Below, piece by piece: positions 41,111 to 52,740 of a DNA stretch of 58,221 nt. The notes under the pieces are model-generated. The model saw only the letters and a list, made by a program, of their open reading frames with translations. It had not been told where the DNA came from and did no database searches. The DNA is from Girardia tigrina (lineage: Eukaryota). The DNA lies in NCBI GenBank assembly GCA_001938485.1, contig MQRK01240735.1, positions 1 through 58,221 of the forward strand. The letters run 5' to 3'. A program made the translations under genes and the position numbers. Position 1 is the stretch's first letter. Each line of letters starts with the position of its first letter.

Positions 41111-44100
41111 GTCGATAATAATCGACTATTATCGGGTGATAATTCGATCAGAGCGGCCGATGTCGCGAATTCGATTATCGATACGAGGATCGACGATTTC
41201 GGTCGACCGTTGCCGCCGTTGTCGGAATCATTCGGCGAGAAAATCGATGCCGGTGAACTGGATTCCGCGAGGACGGAAAGGATTTCGATGATTTTACAAT
41301 TCGCGGTGAGATTCGATTGGACAATCATCGGATCGGATTTGTGGTAGAGGCGGTAGAGGAGCGCGATATAAAACTCGAAAAATAATTTGAAAAATTGTAA
41401 AAGATTTAATAAAATTTATTTACAACAATGGCATTTATCAACAAAAACTGTGTATTAAAACAAAAACCAACTTTGATAAAGATTTAATTTGCATAAAAAA
41501 AATCATTTGATTTGTTTGAGAAAATCATTTAATTTGTATGCGAATTTGACTGAGAAAATTTGTAATTATAAATAAGAAATATCGGATTTTAATATATATT
41601 TAATATTTATAAATACCGATTATAATTTTGTGTCACTACAAGAGGGTTCACTGTATATATTTGTCTGAAATCGGTCATTCTCAATTGTCGGTCAAACTCA
41701 AAGTTTACTATTCGGTGGTTGTAAATTTAGGAATTTATGTGCTTCTTATTTTTTTATATCTCTTTCTTCTTGTACAACTCTTTAATAATTCCATGTATGC
41801 GTATTGTTTTGGGTAGATCTGAACTAAATTAAACTTGGTTTGAATGCATGACAGTTTTTTATTCACTTGTACCACTTATTTATTTTTATATTTTTGTTAT
41901 GTGATTTTTATATTTTTGAAAAGATTATAAGATTCTTTTTTGTGAAAGAAAGACGATGCTCGATAGAGGAATTGGTTAGGGAAAGTCCATGAAGTTTAAA
42001 TGTTTAAGAATTAATGTTTTTATTATTATTATTTATTTAATTTTCTTTTTTATTATTTAATTTAATTAGCAATTGCGGATTTAATTGTTATTCATTTATG
42101 AGGTGTTAATTTAAATTTTTATCTCGCCTGAATAATTTATTATTTTTTAATTTAAGGGATAAAATATTTTTATGTTAATATGCTTATTCAATATTTTAAA
42201 ATTAAAAATGATATAATAAAACAACTATTAAAAAATCAAAAACGTTGTAACACGCGAAAAGTTTATTTTCAAAAACAATGTCTAATTGATAATATTCAAA
42301 CAAAATATTTATCAAAAAAGTAAATATTAAATATTTCAAATAATTAAAATATCTAATATCCAACACTCCCACCAGATTCGTCCACAGAAGAATCTGAATC
42401 CACAATGTAATCATTTAGATAAGGCGGTCTTCGTCTTTCTCTACTAGGCCGACTTTCCAATAATTGTTCCTCTTGTGTTTGATTGTTTGGTAGTGATGCA
42501 GTTTCCTCCATATCCATATAGTATGACTTGGAATTTTCAACCAAGTCAGGCTGTCTAGGTCGAATGTCTGCGATATGTCTTGGACCACAAAATCCGTTGC
42601 AATTTANNNNNNNNNNNNNNNNNNNNNNNNNNNNNNNNNNNNNNNNNNNNNNNNNNNNNNNNNNNNNNNNNNNNNNNNNNNNNNNNNNNNNNNNNNNNNN
42701 NNNNNNNNNNNNNNNNNNNNNNNNNNNNNNNNNNNNNNNNNNNNNNNNNNNNNNNNNNNNNNNNNNNNNNNNNNNNNNNNNNNNNNNNNNNNNNNNNNNN
42801 NNNNNNNNNNNNNNNNNNNNNNNNNNNNNNNNNNNNNNNNNNNNNNNNNNNNNNNNNNNNNNNNNNNNNNNNNNNNNNNNNNNNNNNNNNNNNNNNNNNN
42901 NNNNNNNNNNNNNNNNNNNNNNNNNNNNNNNNNNNNNNNNNNNNNNNNNNNNNNNNNNNNNNNNNNNNNNNNNNNNNNNNNNNNNNNNNNNNNNNNNNNN
43001 NNNNNNNNNNNNNNNNNNNNNNNNNNNNNNNNNNNNNNNNNNNNNNNNNNNNNNNNNNNNNNNNNNNNNNNNNNNNNNNNNNNNNNNNNNNNNNNNNNNN
43101 NNNNNNNNNNNNNNNNNNNNNNNNNNNNNNNNNNNNNNNNNNNNNNNNNNNNNNNNNNNNNNNNNNNNNNNNNNNNNNNNNNNNNNNNNNNNNNNNNNNN
43201 NNNNNNNNNNNNNNNNNNNNNNNNNNNNNNNNNNNNNNNNNNNNNNNNNNNNNNNNNNNNNNNNNNNNNNNNNNNNNNNNNNNNNNNNNNNNNNNNNNNN
43301 NNNNNNNNNNNNNNNNNNNNNNNNNNNNNNNNNNNNNNNNNNNNNNNNNNNNNNNNNNNNNNNNNNNNNNNNNNNNNNNNNNNNNNNNNNNNNNNNNNNN
43401 NNNNNNNNNNNNNNNNNNNNNNNNNNNNNNNNNNNNNNNNNNNNNNNNNNNNNNNNNNNNNNNNNNNNNNNNNNNNNNNNNNNNNNNNNNNNNNNNNNNN
43501 NNNNNNNNNNNNNNNNNNNNNNNNNNNNNNNNNNNNNNNNNNNNNNNNNNNNNNGACAGTCTTCGTTTTATTAAAAGCTCAGATGAAGCCTTAGTATTTA
43601 ATTTTTCGCGATCTGAGATTGTTGTGGTTACCCACGAAACTACTGACTTATTATCCGATTTTACTATCACACTCCTTAAAACCCATTTCACATATAAGTT
43701 AAAACCATTTACAACTGCTTCTAGTTCTGCTACATTAATATGTCTAGAATCATCAGTTTTCTCAACCATGATGCGTCCTCAATTATGTTTCCTTTGACTT
43801 CTAACACCGCACCAATGGCTATTGAACTTGCGTCGCACCATATAATACCTTCCATGCAGTCATCAATAGCCCATAAACCTCTGCAAGAATCACTCTCCCT
43901 CACTGTCTTTAAAACCCATTTAATCTTCTCGAATAATTCCTCGTCTAGCTTTTCATCCCACCTTCCCTCACTAAGTCGTTTAAGATATGAACATGACAGA
44001 CGTAGCCAATTAGCTACCGGATGTATTCCTACTAATTGTCCACATAACGAATATAACTCACGACGTGAAATTGATTCTACATCCAGCTCATCCCTTACCT

Positions 44101-45250
44101 GATTGTCCCTCTTCCATCTCACTACATGTTGGTCCTTAAAGACTTTCATTCCTAAAACTCGAACTTCGTTGGCTTGTGACAGATTTTCCGGTTTCTGACA
44201 TTTGAGACCGAAGTTATTGAACACTTTTTCTACTTCTTCAACAGAAATGAAACTTTCATTTACATAAATATCATCAATATAAGAGTCAGTATTTTCACGC
44301 ATCCTAGTGTCAGAGTTCAGAATCCACCTGACGATTTTGGTCATTATAGTTGGTGCAATGTTTAAACCAAAACCCATCTTAGTTAAAGCATATTTCTTGT
44401 TATTAATGATACAAGATTGGTAACGCCACATCTCCTTATGAACATGAATCTGCATGTACGCCTCTGACAAATCAAGCATTGAAAAAGTCGAACCCCTACG
44501 TCGCCAATCGCGGAGCTTTTCTAAACATATGTCCGCAGAACCACTATAAACGTCCACGTAATTGTTTAATTTTCTAAAATCAAAAATGGGTCTAATCTTG
44601 GACTTATTAGCCTGTAATATTCCAAATATCGGTATGGATCCTATCGATTTACCCATTTCTTTCTCATTGTACTCGATTAGATAACCCTTTTCTACCCATC
44701 CGTCTAAAATTTTCAACGTTGTAACATCTTTTAATTTGTTGTCATTAAAAACTGATTGACGATTCGGAAGATGACTCGGAGCCTCACTTTTCCAATTCCA
44801 TTTAATCGACCAATTTTCCATAAACTCAATTTCAAAATTATGCTTTTTTATACTAACAAGAGGCGCATCCGATGCAGTACAACTCAAGCTACTATCTNNN
44901 NNNNNNNNNNNNNNNNNNNNNNNNNNNNNNNNNNNNNNNNNNNNNNNNNNNNNNNNNNNNNNNNNNNNNNNNNNNNNNNNNNNNNNGATCCCTAGACCAT
45001 ACGGCAAATGTTCCATGACCGAACATTCCACCCTAATGATCCTACCATTTATATTCAACTGCACTTCACCTGAACCCACTCTAACACCCTTTCCATTCGC
45101 CAAAACCATATTTTCTCCGCCAAAAAACAACATACAATCACTAACTACCCCTTTTAAAACAGCAGTTTTCGAACAACCCGAATCAATCAACGCTGTGGCT
45201 GACCTGTCATTTACGGTGACGATCATCGTCGGCAACACCTGCAACTGTGA

Positions 45251-45292
45251 AGGGAGAGAGCCGGCGCCTACAAACTCCCCTGTTCGTTTCCC
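45251..45292 (-). promoter_or_regulatory. Putative -1 ribosomal frameshift signal (gag to pol)
   Basis: G GGA AAC at 45292-45286 just after the gag CCHC and before the gag stop; the -1 frame is the protease ORF; downstream GGGGAG...CTCTCCC stem. Confidence 0.7.
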
Positions 45293-46002
45293 GACCGACA
45301 ATATTTTGCGATATGACCCGGTTTCTGACATTTGTAGCATATTGTTTGTCTGTTTGATTGCCACTGAGAACCCTTATGATGATTACTTTCCTTCGATTCG
45401 GTGTCTCTCTCACTATGAACACAGGGTCTTTTCTGAAGATTTGCTCTTGGTTTAGCGAGTTCGCCCTGACCACCGGAACTCCGTGTTTCTTTGTTGTTGT
45501 TTCCGTGTTTATTGCTGCCATTGAACCCTGTAATAAACCCTTTTTAATCCCTAAATACCTGCGGCTATATTCGATCATTTCGGTCAGGGGTTGGTCGCCG
45601 GCCCGTTCCAAATCCACCTGCAACTCGAAAAGCCATGAATGCAGCCTTTGTTAGATCGTCGACCTTCGTTGCTAACATCTTCACCTGAGACGCATATTCA
45701 TCGATAGTCTCGCCATCGTGATACTGTAAGTTTATTAATTGACTGTACGCAGAACGTCTAGTCAGGCCGAACGAATTGTTTAATATCTTGAAGAACCGAT
45801 CGCAGCTGCTTTGCGTCTTCTCGTCCGATTCCATATAGATGTTCATTGCAACCCCCGATAGTGAAAAAGGGAGATACGGGGCTGGATCAGTAATCTTCTG
45901 GATTTTCATGATCATTTCAAATTTCTACTGCCAAATCTCGAAATTGATGCTTCCATCAAATTTCTCTAAAAACTCCAAAACGATTTTCATATCATTCATT
46001 AT

Positions 46003-46014
46003 GCCCGGATAGCT
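46003..46014 (-). promoter_or_regulatory. Putative atypical primer-binding site complementary to tRNA-Lys(UUU) nt 1-12
   Basis: Plus strand GCCCGGATAGCT abuts the 5' LTR directly; no TGG-initiated PBS present. Confidence 0.6.
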
Positions 46015-47099
46015 TGTAACACACGAAAAGTTTATTTTCAAAAACAATGTCTAATTGATAATATTCAAACAAAATATTTATCAAAAAAGCAAATATTAAA
46101 TATTTCAAATAATTAAAATATCTAATATCCAACAGACGTTTTTAAAAATAAAATATTTTTTAATGTATCTATTAAATATCATAATATTAAAAATGTCAAG
46201 AAAACAAAAATATTAAATATTTATTTATAAATAAAAATATTTTTAATAAGCAATTTTAAAAAAAAACTTTGAAATAAATTTTGAAAATAAAGTTTAAATA
46301 ATTTTTGAAATAAATTTTCAGGATTTTAAAAATTAAATCGAAAAGAATTTAATAGATTAATTTGGGTCGAGATAATTAACAGGAAAATTTGTTTTAAAGA
46401 TGTAAATTGTTATATAAATAAATTTTGGTATTAAAAAAATGAATTCTGATATTGAGGTTGCAACCACTTCTCACATCATTTTTGGACAGAATAGTGATAA
46501 TTAAATTCATAATTGCCATGGGCAATTTTTGAATTTATTTTATGATCAATGTATTGATCAAAAATACTAAAAATAACTATTATTCTGAAATATTTTTGTC
46601 TTAACCGTTGAAAGTTTTGGTTTTTCAATTTCAATTTGCCAATCTGACTTTGTAATATTTATTCGAAAAAATCCAATATTTATTATCATTTCCAAGTTGA
46701 ACTCCATTTACCGAAAGATTTTTATTATCTCAACTACATTTTTGAATTCATCGTTATTAATCAAAGATTCATTACCAATTTTATAACTGATAATCAACGA
46801 CACATTTATCATAGTTGCTCTAATACGATTAACTAAACTACTATCGGGGTATCATAGAATATCAGACGATTTACCCTTTTGATTGTTGCCAATAAAAAAC
46901 AAAAAAAATTACTGTGATATTATATTTATAATTTTTTTATTTGGTTGAATTTGAATATTTTTTTGTTAAACAGCAGTTGAATTGTGTTAACAATACATCA
47001 TTATTTAATGTAATACGTGTGTTTATTTATGGGACTTTTACAATCAACAGTAAAAATCAGTTTATAATATAGTTATCCTTTGGTAAACTGATTTTTACA

Positions 47100-48000
47100 A
47101 CTATGATAAAAATCTAAAATCGCGGAGGAACCGGATCGAATCCACGCTACAACGTAGTCAATCTAGATAACTTGCATCGAGGCAGTTCTGTTAGTGCCGA
47201 CCCTTAGCCTTGAGACGCCGGGAAACCGATGAAATGGACCGAAAACCGTACTGGTCGACCGACTATTAAATCAACACAGATTTCGAATAATTCCAATTTG
47301 GATGATTCCTACAAGGAATTTCATGAGAATTTTTAAGGCAACACTAATAAAATATTGATTCAATTGATAAATGAAGACTTCTATCACGTATTTACTATTT
47401 ATTTTGCTAAAAATCAATTTAATATAAATTTGCAAATTTTCGTTCTTAATAATAATATCTAAATTTCATTTATAGAAGGTAAAGATTATGGGTTAGGATT
47501 AGGGTTTGGATAACGTGTGAGGGTTAGGGTTAGTGTTTAGGTTATTTTTTTTAATAAATACGTTTAATTATTATTTTCTTTTCTTAATAGACAGACTCCA
47601 GTAAGCCTACGAAATCGACCGAAAACCGTGCAGCTCGTTAAATTGTTAAATCAAAACCGATTTTGAATAATATCGATTAGGAGGATTCCTACCAGGAATT
47701 TCGTCAGAAGTTTTTAAAAATACTAATAACATATTAATTCAATTCATAAATGACGATTCCATTCACTTATTTATTATTTATATTTCTAAAAATCAATTTA
47801 GTATACATTTGAAAAATTTCTGTATTATCTGAATCACGGTTCGTCGGTCAAGCTCAAATTATACTATGATCTTATAAATGCTACTAAAGTGTGAAATGGT
47901 GGAGGAACCGAAGCAAATGCGCGTAAATTCGTGGTCAATCTGCATAGCCCGCATCGAGGATGTTTTGTCTGTGAAGCACCTTCACCGAAAAGCGCCAGGA
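47100..48000. repeat. Diverged duplicated blocks flanking a degenerate (TTAGGG)n tract at about 47490-47545
   Basis: 47225-47440 resembles 47600-47820 and 47120-47225 resembles 47900-48000; GGTTAGGATTAGGG...GGGTTAGGGTTAG between them. Confidence 0.6.
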
Positions 48001-48348
48001 ACAACTTAATTGACTGACTGTTCGAAACACAGAATTCGAAACAATAAATAATAAATTATAATAATTACGATTTGAAAATTAAAACAGAAACTTTCATAAA
48101 CAAAAAATCAGCTCATCTGTCATATATGACGGGTTTTTTTCTAGTATAAAATATTTGGTCTCCAAATAAGTGCTTAGAGATATAAACTTTTGAAAAGCAT
48201 GATCTAAATATAATTTTAATTTTACTTCTTTTTAAAGAAAATCAGCTTTCGATCTGAGAATCATAAAATTAAATTTTAATGTATTTTATTTTTATATTGA
48301 TTCGTCAAGTATGAAATATATAGAACTAAAGTCAAAGTTTATTGTTAA

Positions 48349-49054
48349 CCGCCCTACCTCTGGGTTATTATTCAAAAAGTAGGTAAAAAAACATCGGGTT
48401 TTTTTCATTATATTTTGAAATAATAATACAATATACCAGAAAAATCTTTTACTCAATAGACTCATTTATGACCCTTTTTTTGTATCCTTTGCAAGTCAGA
48501 GGTTCTCAACATAAGATGTCGCCGAATAATTCTTGTAATAATAATCTATTGAATATTTTAGCTAATATATTTTGTATTGAATGTAATATATCTATCAACA
48601 TAATCTCAATTCATAAAAAAATATTGTTGGTGTTCAAAAGGCTCGTGATTTATGACTTTTCGGGATGAGACGATACTGGATATGGACCTCACTGCTACAA
48701 AGCGATTTTTTATTCATAATAAAAATCATATATTTTAGCACTTATTTTTATTTTATTACACTAAAAAATCCAAATAAAACCAAATAAAAAAAGTCATCAA
48801 TAAATAATCATACATTCACTGAAAACACGTAACGTAATAATATTGTTATAAAAACTGCGCCACTTGTGTTTAGTAACACTGATTTGTTACGCAATTTATA
48901 GGGGGAAAGACGATAAAATCACGAGCGAACGTATCACAAACGTTTTGTGTGCTTCGAATATAGTTTTTTTGTGCCTGAACGTACGGGATACGGTTTGTTG
49001 CGTCCGGGCGATAATATAGCGGCCGTATCGCGTACGTTCGTATGGGTAGGGCGG
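48349..49054. mobile_element. piggyBac-type non-autonomous element
   Basis: TTAA-CCGCCCTACC ... GGTAGGGCGG-TTAA. Confidence 0.8.
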
Positions 49055-49199
49055 TTAATTTACCAATACAAATGTTTATGTCATTCATCAAATTATGCAC
49101 CCATATTATGGACCCACTTTTACCATTTGAGCAGCAGCTTGTTGAAGCCATTTGAATGGAAATTTGATGGTTGAGAATCTAAAAATTCCTAGTAGGCCA

Positions 49200-49620
49200 T
49201 TTTTACGGTATCTTAGCAATTAATTTATTTCCTATTAAAAAGCCGTTCAAATTGAGAAAAAAATGTTAGTCAGTTGGGAGTAGATCTAATAAGTATGAAG
49301 GATAATGCAGAAATCCCAACTCAAGTTCCTGTAATTTGGTCACGATCTAAAGTGCAGTATGAGGTTTTGCATCGTTGTAGAGCAAGATGATAGCCGATCT
49401 GATTTCCAAACGCGGTTGTTTTTCTATGGGCTTCCTCATCATATTTTCCATTTAGTTGCAGTAGTCATCTGTTGTGATCGATGAACCATGCTTTATGAAG
49501 CCATAATGGATTACACCAGCGGCAAATCAAAAAGCACTCACCATCAGCTTCTTTTAATGAATTTCGTGCTTTTGACTGTGTTTTCGTGCTTTATTCGTGT
49601 CCACCATGCTTGTTGAATGT
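49200..49620 (-). mobile_element. mariner transposase remnant
   Basis: KLMVSAF*FAAGVIHYGF, ILLYNDAKPH (HDNARPH-like), YPSYLLDLLPTD*HFF (YSPDLAPTD-like). Confidence 0.7.
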
Positions 49621-49799
49621 TGAAAATTTTCATATTTGATACAAATTTCAACAAAAGTGACGATTTGATTCAAAACGTTATCACATGAAAGTAGTTCTTT
49701 TGTTGAATTTAGTTCATTTATTTAAATAAGTTCAGAAACCCCCAAAACACTCAAATTAAAGAAAAGCATATTAAATATTTAAAATAAAAAAACTGTGAA

Positions 49800-50544
49800 A
49801 ACAGACAATATCGTGACTCAAACAATTTATATAACACAATTCAAAGGTAAAATGATACATGCAAAAGAAATAGAAAAGATTGAACCAAATTGATGACAAA
49901 AAGAATTATTCCACACTATCAGACTTAACACAACATTTAATATTTGAAACGAAACATACAATAGCAATGAAATTTATACAATTAAGGAAAATTATTTAAC
50001 AGAAGATAAATACAAAAACTTGGATTGTTATCCAAAAATCAAAGCTGTAATAAAAGTTAAATCAAACTGCTACTACGAAGGCCCATAACATATTGTGAAT
50101 CAAGTTAAACACTCTTTTATTTTAGACATAATTGGTATTCCGACACAAGTAAATGAAAAAAGGTTAAATTTCATTTCCAACAAAATTTTAGATTATTGGA
50201 ATCTAGCTTTTCTCGATGACAGCATTCGAAGAAGAATACCAACAAGAAATAAAGTAAAATTTATCAATAACTCTCAATTTATGAAAAGATAAGATCAAAC
50301 AAAACACATACATCAGCTCCGCTATTCTGGGTGGAGTACCGTTGTAATACTTGGTGACATTATTAGACCATTATTCATTATTATTAATAATTCTATCACC
50401 ATTATTATTTATGCATTTAAGATTTTATTATATGATTACTAAGTATTTTTTAAATATTGATTATTAAAAAAAATTATCAATAATAATTTATTTTTTTGAT
50501 GTGTTCAAAAGCCAAGATATGTATCAACCAAACAAAAAAACTGA
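49800..50544 (+). mobile_element. Older gypsy integrase 3' end, purine tract and start of an LTR (about 50343), target of the CsRn1-type insertion
   Basis: Degenerate GPY/F-module-like YYEGP*HIVNQVKHSFILDI, then GGGTGGAG tract followed by TGTAATAC. Confidence 0.5.
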
Positions 50545-50862
50545 GGAACTATTCAAAAAAAAAATTGTTCAAAAGCTAATAATCTGTATTTTAGTTCAAA
50601 ATAATTTTTATGAATGTTGATTGAAAATGTTATTTACAAAAATTATTTATTTTTTTAACGAGTTATTTATGTCAAAAAATATGTTAAGTTTTTTTTAAGA
50701 AAAAACTTTAATATATAAAATATAATTGTTTAAAATAATTGTTTTAAATAATTAGCGAAAGCTAATGACACAATTTAATTTAATCAATAAAAAATATATT
50801 CGTTATTTATTCGTTCATTCATTATTTATTCTCGTTACTGGTAATTCCAAAACGATAACAAA

Positions 50863-52160
50863 ATGGTGTCAGAACAAAAAATAGAAGCCGATTCCGATTG
50901 TGGACAACTCCTTCCACTTGAATCCAAATTCCATTTGAATCGAATCACTAACAAAACTCTTCGAGGATTCTGTGAGGCTATCAAAAACATCATCGTGTTC
51001 ATTCGGGACTTGATTTGTAAAGCCAGTGTCGCTGAAGAAGAGGACTTCTACATATCGACGTCACGAATACCTATTGATGACCTGATCACAAATAATCGAG
51101 TAGCAAAAATGCTCAAAGAAGCCGACGATAAATTATTGAAATCTCTTAAATCCGAAAAATCTCAGGACACCGAAACCATCGCAAGTCTCCAACACCGATT
51201 CCGTTTCATTCGAGCTTTCCTTCTTTGGACGATGGTCAATAAAAAATTCCTCTAAAACTGTCAATCGAAACTCCAGAAGGACTCGACGTTTTCCGAAGCT
51301 TCCAAACATCTAATCGAATTGAAAGGTCTAATTGAACAAATGAAATCGCTCATTGGAAACGGAGAACCAGTGGGACCCAGCAAGAAAAATTCCTGGAAAA
51401 AACCGTATGGTCTCTTCGGATTCGAACCGTATCTCAATCAACCGCTCTTAGTACCCGCGATTCACCGCTGTGCCGGTATCGAAGAGCGCCAATCGTATAA
51501 TGGAATATTTCGAAAAATTGATCTACATCAATGACATTCTGATAATCGATGTGAACTCGGAGATATTTCCCGCGTGGGACTTCATCCAACATTTCGGTCG
51601 GTTCGGTTGCCAAGGCGCTGAATCGAACTGTGTCCTGACCCGATTGTTATTGCTCACATTTTACATTCTTTTCTTTTCGTCGAATTGTTCTCCTTCGTTC
51701 ATTCTCAATTCGGTGTCGTCTATCGATTCCGTCAACCACTACCACAATCAGAACAACAGCAAAATCGATATCATTAAATCAAGTATTCGGCAATTCATTC
51801 GATTGACGTGCTGGTTGGAAATCGAATCGACGATTAAATTGGACGAGAAACTCGCGATTTTTGTCGCAGCGTGTGTCGATAATCTGTTCCACATTCCGAT
51901 TACTCATTGTCTGAATAGATCGCGCCAAAGAAACTGGAGTTGATAATAGACGCCAATTGGGACCTGTATGACGAGTGTATGAAGGTCGATCACATTCTCC
52001 GCTCGTTAATCAATCACCAGTCGATCAATAATCACTCGCCAAGCGTCACCAATCACACACACTCGCAATGCCACAACAACAACAGAAACCACAATCACAA
52101 TCACAGCCACTGTCACTCACTCGAGGAAAGATTTGATGAAGAAGAATCTGATGAAACCAA
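50863..52160 (+). pseudogene. NAA35: Captured NAA35/Mak10 (NatC auxiliary subunit) internal fragment with stops and frameshifts
   Basis: KASVAEEEDF (human KAAVFEEEDF), RVAKMLKEADD (RVTGMLKDVED), GFEPYLNQPLL (GFEPLVNQRLL), CVLTRLLL (CVLSRSLL), HCLNRSRQR (HGHNRARQR), LYDECMKVD (LQDEAEKVD), all colinear; GC-richer than flanks. Confidence 0.85.
50864..50874 (+). promoter_or_regulatory. Primer-binding site, probably tRNA-Leu
   Basis: TGGTGTCAGAA three nt after the 5' LTR; matches the recalled tRNA-Leu(CAA)-type PBS TGGTGTCAGAAG. Confidence 0.7.
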
Positions 52161-52509
52161 GTATGTAATTCCAAATTATATAATAAATATCAGACTAAAT
52201 TATAAAAATATATATTATATCACAAATAAGTACACAAAGAATACAATGAAAAGAATGAATATTCCTCACACAACTTTTTCAAATCAAATAATAAAAGAAA
52301 ACTTAATTACAGATATCAAGTCCTTAGTCGAATTCTTCAATATATCTAAAATCTCAGATGAATTATTTTATTCTGTCACTAACATTTCTTTTATGAAATC
52401 AATGTATCCGATAAAGACATTTGTAATTTTTAAAAACTTATTATGTATAAGATCAAAATCAAAAACAGACTCACCGTACGAAGATTCGATCATTGGTAAA
52501 TCTTCACTC

Positions 52510-52740
52510 GTATCTTTTCTATTTAATTTCAATTTAAGGACATGTGCACTGACATTACCTTTAAAAAATACAACTGAAACCTTATACAAAGCAGTCATAG
52601 AAAAAATAAATTTTCCTTACTCAGTTGATCTTTTAATCACAATGGGTCATAAAATCATAATTAAATCTAATGCTCTTCTATCAAATTATTTTACAACGGA
52701 TTTAAAAACTATACAAGTCTCGATTAAATTTCGCGGGGGC
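52510..52740 (+). CDS. Ubiquitin-like domain at the N-terminus of Gag
   Basis: 77 aa VSFLFNFNLRTCALTLPLKNTTETLYKAVIEKINFP...LLSNYFTTDLKTIQVSIKFRGG aligns by eye with ubiquitin (TIENVKAKIQDKEGIP, LSDY, TLHLVLRLRGG). Confidence 0.65.

Larger units (their letters stand above)
42246..46134 (-). mobile_element. LTR-bounded gypsy-like retrotransposon (gag, PR, RT, RNase H; integrase presumably in N-gap)
   Basis: 120-bp LTRs 42246-42365 and 46015-46134 (TG..CA, 2 mismatches), TSD AACGT/GACGT. Gag from ATG 45999 with CYKCQKPGHIAKYC; ALIDSG; LDLSEAYMQI, MGFGLNIAP, SYIDDI; WCDASS, HINVAELEA; purine tract next to the 3' LTR. Confidence 0.9.

Noticed and set aside
42528-43797. Long ORFs of 339-405 aa in the ORF track
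   Set aside because: Artefacts of translating the N-gap; only the flanks of the minus frame (RNase H end) are real.
46003-46014. tRNA-Lys gene
   Set aside because: Only the first 12 nt match and the LTR follows immediately; no cloverleaf. Treated as a PBS.
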